Of a stretch of DNA of 64,000 bases, positions 40,979-48,951 are shown piece by piece. Position numbers and translations under genes: made by a program. The notes under the pieces are model-generated. The model was not told where the DNA came from and made no database searches. It saw nothing but the letters and a program-made list of their open reading frames with translations. The stretch covers positions 42,850 to 106,849 of the forward strand of contig JAPLWH010000006.1 of assembly GCA_026396715.1 (NCBI GenBank), given 5' to 3'. Numbering within the stretch: position 1 is the stretch's first letter; every line of letters starts with the position of its first letter. The DNA comes from Candidatus Kaiserbacteria bacterium (GTDB lineage Bacteria; Patescibacteriota; Minisyncoccia; Phycocordibacterales; Phycocordibacteraceae).

Positions 40979-41761
40979 ATGACCACCGCACTTCTAAAAA
41001 AACTTCGGGAGGAACAAGCATTGTCACAAGATTCAATAGCGAGAGAGCTTGGTATTTCGCGCCCGACATATATCGCGATTGAACAAGGGAAACGCAAGCT
41101 TACCCTCTCTGAAGCGGAGTGTTTGGCACAGATGTTTAGTATCTCACTCGACGAACTTGTCTACGGGAAACGTCGCAAGGTGGATGTCGTCTTATCGAAA
41201 ACACCGGTACCAAAGAAGGTAGCTGCGGAAAATGGTATACGCATCAGCGTCCCAGCCGAGAATAAAGAGAAGTTCAAACAGGTACTGCTCTATATTCTTG
41301 AAAAAATCGGTAGCAAGCCGAATATCGGCATGACCGCCCTCTATAAAATCCTCTATTTCATCGACTTCGACTACTACGAGAAATTCGAAGAACAACTCAT
41401 GGGTGCTGTGTACATCCGCAATCATTATGGTCCGACTCCTGTTGCCTTCACAAAAATCGTGAAAGAAATGGAACGCGAGGGTACTCTTGCAGCAATCGAA
41501 ACAAAGTATTTTCAACATGAACAGAAGAAATTCCTTCCTCGCACGAAGCCAGAATTAAAACAACTTTCTGGTCAAGAAATTGCACATATCGATGAAACGC
41601 TAGCGCGGCTTGGCGACAAGAACGCTCGTGAACTTACCGAGCTGTCTCATCGCGATATCCCATGGATGTGCGTCAAAGATGGCGAGCCGCTTGAATATGA
41701 GTCCGTCTTTTATCGTTCAGATGAGACTTCACAACGTGATTATGGACCGGATCCGTTATGA
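40979..41761 (+). CDS. XRE-family HTH + Panacea (DUF4065) domain protein, antitoxin-like (PanA/SocA-like)
   Basis: N-terminal HTH (LSQDSIARELGISRPTYIAIEQGKRKLTLSEAECLAQMF); central ALYKILYFIDFDYYEKFEEQLMGAVYIRNHYGPTP matches DUF4065. Confidence 0.7.
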   Translation: MTTALLKKLREEQALSQDSIARELGISRPTYIAIEQGKRKLTLSEAECLAQMFSISLDELVYGKRRKVDVVLSKTPVPKKVAAENGIRISVPAENKEKFKQVLLYILEKIGSKPNIGMTALYKILYFIDFDYYEKFEEQLMGAVYIRNHYGPTPVAFTKIVKEMEREGTLAAIETKYFQHEQKKFLPRTKPELKQLSGQEIAHIDETLARLGDKNARELTELSHRDIPWMCVKDGEPLEYESVFYRSDETSQRDYGPDPL

Positions 41762-42125
41762 GGAAACGCTAGGGTTCGCTCATGACATCAAGAAGCTCCT
41801 TAAACGCTTCCGCTCACTCCGAGCAGATATAGAAGTAGCAAAACGCTACGCGTTAGAACCTTTCCATGCCGAGCCGCGCATAGACACGAATGCTATCGAA
41901 GAAATTTCGGGGTCATGTACGGAAGAAGTGCGGGCATGCAAAATAAAAAAATTCACATGCCGGGCAATCAAGGGGCGAGGTGTTATGAGCGGAATCCGCA
42001 TTACCTATGCGTATCACATCCGACAGAAGCGTGTGGTGTTCATCGAGATTTATTTCAAGGGCGACAAAGAGAATGAGGATCGCGCGCGGATTAAAGAATA
42101 TCTCGAGAGTATACTAGACGCATGA
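41742..42125 (+). CDS. RelE/ParE-superfamily (HigB/Gp49-like) toxin candidate
   Basis: 127 aa from MDRIRYEETLGF...; C-terminal GIRITYAYHIRQKRVVFIEIYFKGDKENEDRARIKEY resembles RelE/HigB core; 20-nt overlap with upstream gene, ATGA overlap with downstream. Confidence 0.45.
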   Translation: MDRIRYEETLGFAHDIKKLLKRFRSLRADIEVAKRYALEPFHAEPRIDTNAIEEISGSCTEEVRACKIKKFTCRAIKGRGVMSGIRITYAYHIRQKRVVFIEIYFKGDKENEDRARIKEYLESILDA

Positions 42126-43033
42126 ATGCAAAAGTGATTCGTGCGGCTACAGCACTAATTCTCGCGCTCGCGGCGGGCGCGATGGGATACACGGCGGGCG
42201 GGAGCGGAACGGAAAGTCCGAACATAAGCATCCCCGCTCAAACTATTGCCGCACCAACAGCAGGCACGACACGCGTGATTTACAGCCTCGATCAGAAACA
42301 GAATGATAAAGAACTCATCGCACTCATCAATGCCGCAGAGGACCACATCTACTTCGCGATCTACACCTTTACCCTTCCGACTATCGCCGACGCTCTCGTC
42401 AAAGCAAAAAAGCGCGGCGTCGATGTGAAAGGACTCATGGACTCCGAGCAAAGCGGCAACAGTTACGGCACTCCTATTACTGCAAAACTGCGTGACGCCG
42501 GTATTCCTCTCCTTGTAGAGCGACACGCAAGTGGCAACGGCATCATGCACATAAAACTCCTTGTGACGGAACAGGCGTACGCCTTTGGCAGCTATAACTG
42601 GACCAATTCCGCGACAACTCTCAACGATGAAATCCTCGAAATCGGTACCGACCCGGCACTGCGGCAGACGTACGAAAATATTTTGAAACGACTGTTTGAT
42701 GCCTATAAAGGCAACGCGGCCGCGGGAGCGGCCGCGAGTGTTTCTATCGGGACCATCGACTACACGCAAGCACCCGCGCACGTCGGCCAAAGAGCCTCCG
42801 TGCGCGGCACCCTCGTCAAAGCCTATACCTCCGCAAGTGGTACCGTCTTCCTCGATTTCTGCGAGAATTACAAAAACTGCCCCTTTTCAGGCGTCATCTT
42901 CGCCGACGATGTAAAAAAATTCGGCACCCTTTCTCGCTACAATGGGACCGCCATCACCCTTACCGGCAAAATCTCCTCCTACCAGGGAAAAGCCGAAATC
43001 GTCCTTTCTAATCCGAATCAAATCTCTCTGTGA
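42122..43033 (+). CDS. Secreted phospholipase D (HKD)-family nuclease (Nuc-like) fused to C-terminal OB-fold domain
   Basis: Signal peptide MNAKVIRAATALILALAAGAMG; single HKD-like motif HIKLLVTE...GSYNWT; C-terminal ~100 aa with OB-fold-like pattern (VRGTLVKAY..SGTVFLDF...ITLTGKISSYQGKAEIVL). Confidence 0.65.
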   Translation: MNAKVIRAATALILALAAGAMGYTAGGSGTESPNISIPAQTIAAPTAGTTRVIYSLDQKQNDKELIALINAAEDHIYFAIYTFTLPTIADALVKAKKRGVDVKGLMDSEQSGNSYGTPITAKLRDAGIPLLVERHASGNGIMHIKLLVTEQAYAFGSYNWTNSATTLNDEILEIGTDPALRQTYENILKRLFDAYKGNAAAGAAASVSIGTIDYTQAPAHVGQRASVRGTLVKAYTSASGTVFLDFCENYKNCPFSGVIFADDVKKFGTLSRYNGTAITLTGKISSYQGKAEIVLSNPNQISL

Positions 43034-43095
43034 GCAGATAAATCCGCGCTTATTGCGTACCCTACCCTTTTCATGCTATAGTACCCTCACTTCCA

Positions 43096-43665
43096 GTGGC
43101 TACTGAACGACTTCGCATAAATAACGAGATCCGCGCGCAAGAATTGCGCGTTATTGGTGCCCAAGGGGAGAATTTGGGAGTTCTTTCGCTTGACGCGGCG
43201 CTCGCGGCCGCAAAAACCGCCGGACGCGACCTCATCGAAATCTCACCTTCGGCCCTGCCGCCCGTTGCGAAAATCATGGATTATGGTAAATTCGAATACG
43301 AGCGTAGCAAGAAGGAAAAGGTAGCAAAAGCCAAGGTCAAAGTGTCTGAGACCAAGGAGGTCCAGATCAAGGTGGGCACCGGCGACCACGATATGGGGCT
43401 CAAGGCGAGAAAGGCCGCTGAGTGGCTCGCCGAGGGTCACCGAGTACGTGCCGAGCTCTTCCTCAAAGGCCGCTACAAGGGCATGGGAGAGGAGTTCTTG
43501 AAGGAACGCCTCGTGCGGTTCCTCAAGCTCATCCCGTATGCCTACAAAGTCTCTGAGCCCGTCGCGCGGAGCCCCAAAGGCTTTGCTGGGGTCATCGAAC
43601 GAGACCTCATAGCCCAAGCGAAACGTGAGAAAGAACAGAAACCACAAAATGAAAAACCCAGTTAG
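43096..43665 (+). CDS. infC: Translation initiation factor IF-3
   Basis: INNEIRAQELRVIG...DLIEISPSALPPVAKIMDYGKFEYE. Confidence 0.9.
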   Translation: MATERLRINNEIRAQELRVIGAQGENLGVLSLDAALAAAKTAGRDLIEISPSALPPVAKIMDYGKFEYERSKKEKVAKAKVKVSETKEVQIKVGTGDHDMGLKARKAAEWLAEGHRVRAELFLKGRYKGMGEEFLKERLVRFLKLIPYAYKVSEPVARSPKGFAGVIERDLIAQAKREKEQKPQNEKPS

Positions 43666-43695
43666 AAAGTCTCTCGGATTCGACTTCTAACGGGG
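43658..43695 (+). promoter_or_regulatory. Intercistronic hairpin infC–rpmI carrying CCCaGTTAGAA/TTCTAACGGGG arms
   Basis: cccagttagaaagtc tctcggatt cgacttctaacgggg; overlaps infC stop. Confidence 0.45.
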
Positions 43696-43709
43696 CAAGC
43701 AAACAAAAC

Positions 43710-43904
43710 ATGAAAACAAACAAATCTTACTCAAAACGAATACGAGTTACCCGCAACGGGAAGCTCATGGCGCGCGCAAAAGGCCAGAACCATTTCAATG
43801 CGAAGGCGAGCGGTTCCGAGCGCAACGGCAAGCGCCGTCCAGTCGCGATCAAGCTGACGATGAAGGTCCGCCGCCGTTTCCTTCCGGGCACGGGCGCTAA
43901 GTAA
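43710..43904 (+). CDS. rpmI: 50S ribosomal protein L35
   Basis: 64 aa; MKTNKSYSKRIRVTRNGKL. Confidence 0.9.
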   Translation: MKTNKSYSKRIRVTRNGKLMARAKGQNHFNAKASGSERNGKRRPVAIKLTMKVRRRFLPGTGAK

Positions 43905-43953
43905 TTAATCTTTCTGTAATCATTTTCGTATGACAAGAATCAAAGGAGGAGTA

Positions 43954-44277
43954 ATGGCGCAGAAACGCCGCAAGAACATTCTCGAACGCGCCAAGGGCTA
44001 CCGCGGCATCCGCTCGAAGAAGGAACGCTACGCGCACGAAGCGCTCATGCGCGCTGGCCGCTACGCGTTCGCCCACCGCCGCGACAAAAAGACCGACTTC
44101 CGCCAGGTCTGGATCGTTCGGCTGAACGCCGCTGTCCGCGAGACCGGCCACAAGTCCTACTCCACATTCATCGCGAAGCTCAAGAAGTCCGGTTTTGCCC
44201 TCGACCGCAAGGTCCTCGCTCAATTCGCCTCCGACCATCCGGAAATTTTCGCCCGCATCAGCAAGCAAGTCGTCTAA
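43954..44277 (+). CDS. rplT: 50S ribosomal protein L20
   Basis: Start MAQKRRKNILERAKGYRG preceded by aaaGGAGGag SD; ORF-track upstream start lacks SD. Confidence 0.88.
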   Translation: MAQKRRKNILERAKGYRGIRSKKERYAHEALMRAGRYAFAHRRDKKTDFRQVWIVRLNAAVRETGHKSYSTFIAKLKKSGFALDRKVLAQFASDHPEIFARISKQVV

Positions 44278-44283
44278 GTAACC

Positions 44284-44316
44284 AAAAAACCGCCCCGGAA
44301 GGGGCGGTTTTTCGTT
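44284..44316. terminator. Bidirectional rho-independent terminator
   Basis: aaaaaaccgcccc ggaa ggggcggttttt. Confidence 0.75.
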
Positions 44317-44323
44317 TCGGAGT

Positions 44324-44545
44324 CTATTCGCCGCAGTAGGAAAATCGCGGCACTCGTTTACCATTAAACTCAACCTCTTCAAGAAACATCGCGAGCGGTC
44401 TGACCCAGAGCTTTGACATCTCATTTTCGTAGAGCGCTTCGTACACGACCATGTCTTCCAGCGTCTCGCTGTGCTTCGCCGCGCCAAGTACCCGGTACTT
44501 CTTTCCACTTTTATAGTGTTCGTACACGCCGAGTTTTAACTTCAT
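44324..44545 (-). CDS. DUF1653-family protein
   Basis: 73 aa; YEHYKSGKKYRVLG...VVYEALY...WVRPLAMFLE pattern. Confidence 0.55.
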   Translation of the reverse strand: MKLKLGVYEHYKSGKKYRVLGAAKHSETLEDMVVYEALYENEMSKLWVRPLAMFLEEVEFNGKRVPRFSYCGE

Positions 44546-44557
44546 AACCTGACTATA

Positions 44558-44989
44558 TCACTGCAATTTATCTTTATAGAGCTCAAGAAACTTCGGGTAT
44601 TGGGAGTGCAGCGGTGCCGGGAGCGCATCGAGCCTGAACCATCCAATCTCATCAAGCTTGTGCGGCTCGCCATTTTTTACCTTCGACGGGTCTATGAGCA
44701 CTTTGAAATCTAAAGCAATCCAGTGAGTCTTTTTCCCATCATGTTCACGATGTACATCGCGGAAACCGAGAAATTCGTGGGCGAGCACCCCTGTGGAATA
44801 TTCCTCGGCAATTTCCTTGCAAAGAGTGTTTTCCACAGTATCGCCAAACTCTAATCCTCCCCCGCCAGGGTCCCAGGTCCCCTGTTCATCGCGGCACGCA
44901 AGACCTCGTTTACTCAAAAGAAAATTCCCTTTGCCATCGTGACAGGTAAATACAATAGTTACTCCCGTAAAATCTTCTCCTTTCTTCAT
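44558..44989 (-). CDS. NUDIX hydrolase
   Basis: Nudix box GGGLEFGDTVENTLCKEIAEEYS. Confidence 0.8.
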   Translation of the reverse strand: MKKGEDFTGVTIVFTCHDGKGNFLLSKRGLACRDEQGTWDPGGGGLEFGDTVENTLCKEIAEEYSTGVLAHEFLGFRDVHREHDGKKTHWIALDFKVLIDPSKVKNGEPHKLDEIGWFRLDALPAPLHSQYPKFLELYKDKLQ

Positions 44990-45029
44990 GGGTAAACTAT
45001 ATCAGAATGAGTGTCTTTCACAGCAACAT

Positions 45030-46052
45030 TCATTCGGGCAATAGGTCTTTTATTTTATCGGAGTACAGAGTATAGGCGCGGACGAATGAATCGTCGACAT
45101 GTGCATAGAGGATGCCCGTACCCGGACCAGTCTCCACGAACTGGCTCGCGAACGTAATCGTCTTTGCTTGGCTATCGCGAATAAAAGGCTCGGGCGATAC
45201 CCAGTCTATTTCCCCGCGTTCGTAGTCGTAGATGAAAAGCCCGACGGAGAACATACCGTATTTGATTTTATCGCCAAGCTTCTGATTCGCTTCGCGACCA
45301 TTCATGATACCGAGCAGTTTTCCTTCGCCAACATCAATAGATGATTTCGGCAAAAGAGGCCCCGGAGACGCGTGCCCTGCGATCCAAGGAATATCGTGCT
45401 CGGCGGGATGGAAAACAGTATTCCCATACTTCCATGGCCCACCCATATCTTCTGCTATCGCTACACGCACGGTTGAATGCCTACCTTTTGGCTCACGATC
45501 TCGCGACTCGATGAGGTTATAGCGAACGCCCTTTGCATTGGTCGGCGCGATCGAAACCTCTTTCGCGTTCGCATTCATCGTTTCATTCTGCAAGAGGACA
45601 GGCTCTGTCATTTCGAGAGAATGCAGATCTTTCCCGACCGCGTGACCGAGATGTATCCGGATTTTGTCTTTCGATTCTGGCGGCTTAATGGGAATAGTGA
45701 AATAGACATGAGTGAGTTCGGTCTTTTCATCAATCCAAATATCAGGATCCTCGAGACCGATGCACTCCCACCCTTCCGGAGTGAGTTTCCTAAGTATTTC
45801 TTTCTCATTTTTAATCTCGAGCCGGTCGCCGACCGTAAAATGGTCGAGAGAGTCTCTGGAGACAGTGTAGAGCTGACTCCGGTCGACATACCCCTTTATC
45901 TCAACATCGCCTTCTCGACTCGTGATGCAGCGGATGACTCCCTCGCGGTAGTTTGAACGCGGATCAAGACTGATAGCCATCACATGACTGAAACGGGCAT
46001 CGGTTTCAACCGCCTTACCCGGATGTTCGAAATATGCTTTTTGTTTTTCCAT
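45030..46052 (-). CDS. Hypothetical protein, possibly beta-propeller glycosidase-like (GH130/DUF377-like)
   Basis: Start at internal MEKQKAYFEHPG (upstream 94 codons would overlap MBL gene); MAISLDPR motif; weak family assignment. Confidence 0.35.
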   Translation of the reverse strand: MEKQKAYFEHPGKAVETDARFSHVMAISLDPRSNYREGVIRCITSREGDVEIKGYVDRSQLYTVSRDSLDHFTVGDRLEIKNEKEILRKLTPEGWECIGLEDPDIWIDEKTELTHVYFTIPIKPPESKDKIRIHLGHAVGKDLHSLEMTEPVLLQNETMNANAKEVSIAPTNAKGVRYNLIESRDREPKGRHSTVRVAIAEDMGGPWKYGNTVFHPAEHDIPWIAGHASPGPLLPKSSIDVGEGKLLGIMNGREANQKLGDKIKYGMFSVGLFIYDYERGEIDWVSPEPFIRDSQAKTITFASQFVETGPGTGILYAHVDDSFVRAYTLYSDKIKDLLPE

Positions 46053-46074
46053 AGTTATGACAAATGAATTCGAA

Positions 46075-47466
46075 TCAAATCTTCTTGACCGAATCCTTCG
46101 TAATCTCCCACGTCTGACCGAGTTCGGGGGCGACGGCGCGAGCGCCGAGGTAATCGTGGATGCGCTGCGCAAGGAAGCGCTCGGCTGCGGGCTCGCCGAT
46201 GGCAGTAAAGATGACTTTCGGGCGTTTCTCGGCAAGGGCGGCTTCAGCAAATGCGAGGAGCCCATCGCGATCGGCATGCGCCGACCAGCCCTCCAAGTTT
46301 TCGACCGTCGCTTTAATTCGCACCTCTGCACCATTGAGACGCACGCTCGATGCGCCCTCCATCATCCGCCGCCCCGGTGAGCCTGGCGCCTGGTACCCGA
46401 CGATAATGAGCGTACTGGAGGGGTCGGGCAGGTACCGCGCCTCCCAACGGCCGATGCGGCCGCCATGGCTCATGCCGGCTCCAGCGATGATGATCTTCGG
46501 ACCGGACACCTTTTCGATCGCTTCTGATTCTCCGCGTGAAAGCGTGTTTTTGAGGAAGGGAAACTCAAAGACACTTCCCTCTCGCTTTATTTCATCCTCA
46601 GTTTCCGACTTGAAGTACGTCGGTCCCCATTTCTCATAAATCGCCGTCACTTTAATTGCGAGCGGTGAATCGAGAAACACGGGAATTTTTGGAAGCTCGC
46701 CTGCATCAAAAAAATTAGAAAGTTCATAGAGCATGAGCTGTGTACGCTCAAGCGAAAATGCCGGAATGAGGATGGTGCCGCCTTTGGTTATCGCGCGCTT
46801 GAGCGTGTCGCGCAGCGCCTGCACGCGCTCGGCTGCAGGAGGATGAAGGCGATCACCATAGACGCTCTCCATGACGAGCGCGTCCGCATCCGGTATCGGC
46901 TCCCAGTTTGGCAATAACGGCGAGGGCGAATTGCCAATGTCGCCCGTGAGTGCGACCGTAACGCCTTCGTCGTCAGTAATGCGCACGCTCGCCGAGCCGA
47001 GGATGTGCCCGGTATTGCGCAGGTATACGGAAAGCCCCGGCGCAACCTCTCTTTCCGTATGATACTCAAGCGTTTCAACGAGCGAGAATGTCTTATCGAC
47101 GTCCTGCTCCTCGTAGAGCGGCCGCGCGCCGCGGCGCTTTGCTTCTTCTCCAAGGATGCCGACCGAGTCCCGCAAGATGAGTTCCGCGAGGTTCTTCGTC
47201 GGCAGCGTCATGTATATCTTCCCGCGGAAGCCATCCCGCACGAGCTTCGGGATGCGGCCGACATGGTCGAGATGCGCATGCGTGAGAATGAGTGCATCGA
47301 TCGTTGTCACATCGTATGGAAATGGTCCATAGATATGAGCCTCGACGAAGTCGCCACCTTGCTCGATGCCGCAGTCGACGAGCACTTTTCCGCGAGCGCC
47401 TTCGATCAAGAAATTGGAGCCGGTTACCTTCCCCGCTCCGCCGTAGAAACTAAGTCGCAATGCCAT
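46075..47466 (-). CDS. Metallo-beta-lactamase fold RNA-metabolising hydrolase (beta-CASP family)
   Basis: 463 aa; HxHxDH ILTHAHLDHVGRIP; beta-CASP motifs; KH-less. Confidence 0.8.
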   Translation of the reverse strand: MALRLSFYGGAGKVTGSNFLIEGARGKVLVDCGIEQGGDFVEAHIYGPFPYDVTTIDALILTHAHLDHVGRIPKLVRDGFRGKIYMTLPTKNLAELILRDSVGILGEEAKRRGARPLYEEQDVDKTFSLVETLEYHTEREVAPGLSVYLRNTGHILGSASVRITDDEGVTVALTGDIGNSPSPLLPNWEPIPDADALVMESVYGDRLHPPAAERVQALRDTLKRAITKGGTILIPAFSLERTQLMLYELSNFFDAGELPKIPVFLDSPLAIKVTAIYEKWGPTYFKSETEDEIKREGSVFEFPFLKNTLSRGESEAIEKVSGPKIIIAGAGMSHGGRIGRWEARYLPDPSSTLIIVGYQAPGSPGRRMMEGASSVRLNGAEVRIKATVENLEGWSAHADRDGLLAFAEAALAEKRPKVIFTAIGEPAAERFLAQRIHDYLGARAVAPELGQTWEITKDSVKKI

Positions 47467-47484
47467 GGGTAAAATGTACCACGG

Positions 47485-47527
47485 CCACGGAAAAACCCGT
47501 CACGCATTGTGACGGGTTTTTCCGTGG
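47485..47527. terminator. Perfect 19-bp stem hairpin flanked by A-run and T-run (bidirectional terminator)
   Basis: ccacggaaaaacccgtcac gcatt gtgacgggtttttccgtgg. Confidence 0.7.
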
Positions 47528-47716
47528 AGCCATTCCCTAATAGCAACTTAATTGTGCCAGGTGGGTGCCTGAACGGCGGCTCTCGGATTTCCTTACGGAA
47601 TTCACCAGGCCGCCTAAATGCTAAGCTCCCGAGAATACGGCAAGTTGCGTTTTTAAGAACAGCTCCACAGACAAGTATACCCCCCATCGCGCCCAAGGTC
47701 TGTGGAAAACTCGAAA

Positions 47717-48322
47717 TTACCCAAGGATACCCTTCATATCTACGTCATACAGTGTCGCTTCGTGCGGCACGCGATAACTGATGATTTCTCCAGGCGCGAA
47801 CCAAAGCGGAATCTCCATCAAGGCCTCCGGAACCGTTCCCGACGCGTGAATAAGGTTACGAATCGCGCGGCGGTCCGTATCCGCCACCTGATACGAATCG
47901 AGGACGAAATCGCCGCGGATCGTGCCGATGCCGGCGCTGCGCGGCTCCGTCCCGCCCGTAACCTTCCGTACCGACTCGACCGCATGAGCGCCCTCCCACA
48001 CCATTGCGATGACCGGGCCGCTCGTCATATAAGTCTTCAGATTCTTGACGACTGCCTCTGCTACCTCGAACGGGTCGCTCGACGGCGGCGTCTCCCCTTT
48101 GCTCACATAGCTCGCAATCGCTTTCTCGCCGACGGTTTTCTTCCAGTTCGGATCAAGGAGATAGTGCTTCTCGATCAACTCCTCCGTCGGGACGAGCATC
48201 TTGAGCGCGACGAGCTTGAGACCCATGCGCTCGTACCGCTTCATGATTTCGCCAATGAGCGCGCGCTGGATGCCGTCCGGCTTCACGATAACGAGCGTTC
48301 GTTCTGTTTTCGGGTGTGCCAT
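47717..48322 (-). CDS. ndk: Nucleoside diphosphate kinase (long form)
   Basis: TLVIVKPDGIQRALIGEI; catalytic His region HASG. Confidence 0.88.
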   Translation of the reverse strand: MAHPKTERTLVIVKPDGIQRALIGEIMKRYERMGLKLVALKMLVPTEELIEKHYLLDPNWKKTVGEKAIASYVSKGETPPSSDPFEVAEAVVKNLKTYMTSGPVIAMVWEGAHAVESVRKVTGGTEPRSAGIGTIRGDFVLDSYQVADTDRRAIRNLIHASGTVPEALMEIPLWFAPGEIISYRVPHEATLYDVDMKGILG

Positions 48323-48391
48323 GGTTTAAAAATTAAAACGCCGCGGCGTTGCTCTTCATAATACAATGAATCATCCTCATGCGAATCTGTT

Positions 48392-48937
48392 GTGTTACAT
48401 CCGCAACGTCGTACAATGAGTCCCATGGACATAGCCGCTCATGGTCTCTATGGAGGAGCCGGATTCGTTACTAAATCGAAAAAATCATTCTGGCTCGCTT
48501 TCTGGTGGGGCATCTTCCCCGACCTCATAGCCTTCGGTTTATTTTTCCCGGTCTTCCTCTATACGTACGGGCTTGATCGGCAGCAGATCATGCGAGTGGA
48601 GCCGCCGACATTGGACATCATCCCTCAGTACGTCCACACGATTTATAACTATTCGCACAGTCTCATCATCTTCGCACTCGTATTTGGACTCGTATGGATA
48701 CTCTTTAAGCGCCCAGTCTATGAGATGCTCGCGTGGGGCCTGCATATCCTCATGGATATCCCGTCGCACAGCGATGCATTCTTTCCGACACCCTTCCTCT
48801 ACCCTCTTTCTTCATTCCACATCAACGGCATCGCATGGGGCACCCCCTGGTTCTTCTTCAGTTATTGGGGAATCGTCCTCTGCATCTATGCGGCCATATT
48901 CCTCCGGCGACGCGCACGCGCCACTCTCCGCACCTGA
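48392..48937 (+). CDS. Membrane-bound metal-dependent hydrolase-like protein (YdjM/DUF457-like)
   Basis: 181 aa; MDIAAHGLYGG start region, His-rich motifs (HSDAF), 4-5 TM. Confidence 0.45.
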   Translation: MLHPQRRTMSPMDIAAHGLYGGAGFVTKSKKSFWLAFWWGIFPDLIAFGLFFPVFLYTYGLDRQQIMRVEPPTLDIIPQYVHTIYNYSHSLIIFALVFGLVWILFKRPVYEMLAWGLHILMDIPSHSDAFFPTPFLYPLSSFHINGIAWGTPWFFFSYWGIVLCIYAAIFLRRRARATLRT

Positions 48938-48951
48938 ACCGCGCTTTCAAT

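Noticed and set aside
45030-46334. ORF-track long N-terminal extensions
   Set aside because: Low-complexity Arg/Ser-rich extensions that overlap neighbours; internal Met gives canonical N-termini. The same applies to rplO, rplP, rplX, rpsS, rpsQ, rplC, gatC, pilM, comFC and the FMN reductase
47530-47716. Possible SRP (4.5S) RNA
   Set aside because: Compared by eye with conserved domain IV motif (ACCAGGUCAGGUCCGGAAGGAAGCAGCC); no convincing match on either strand
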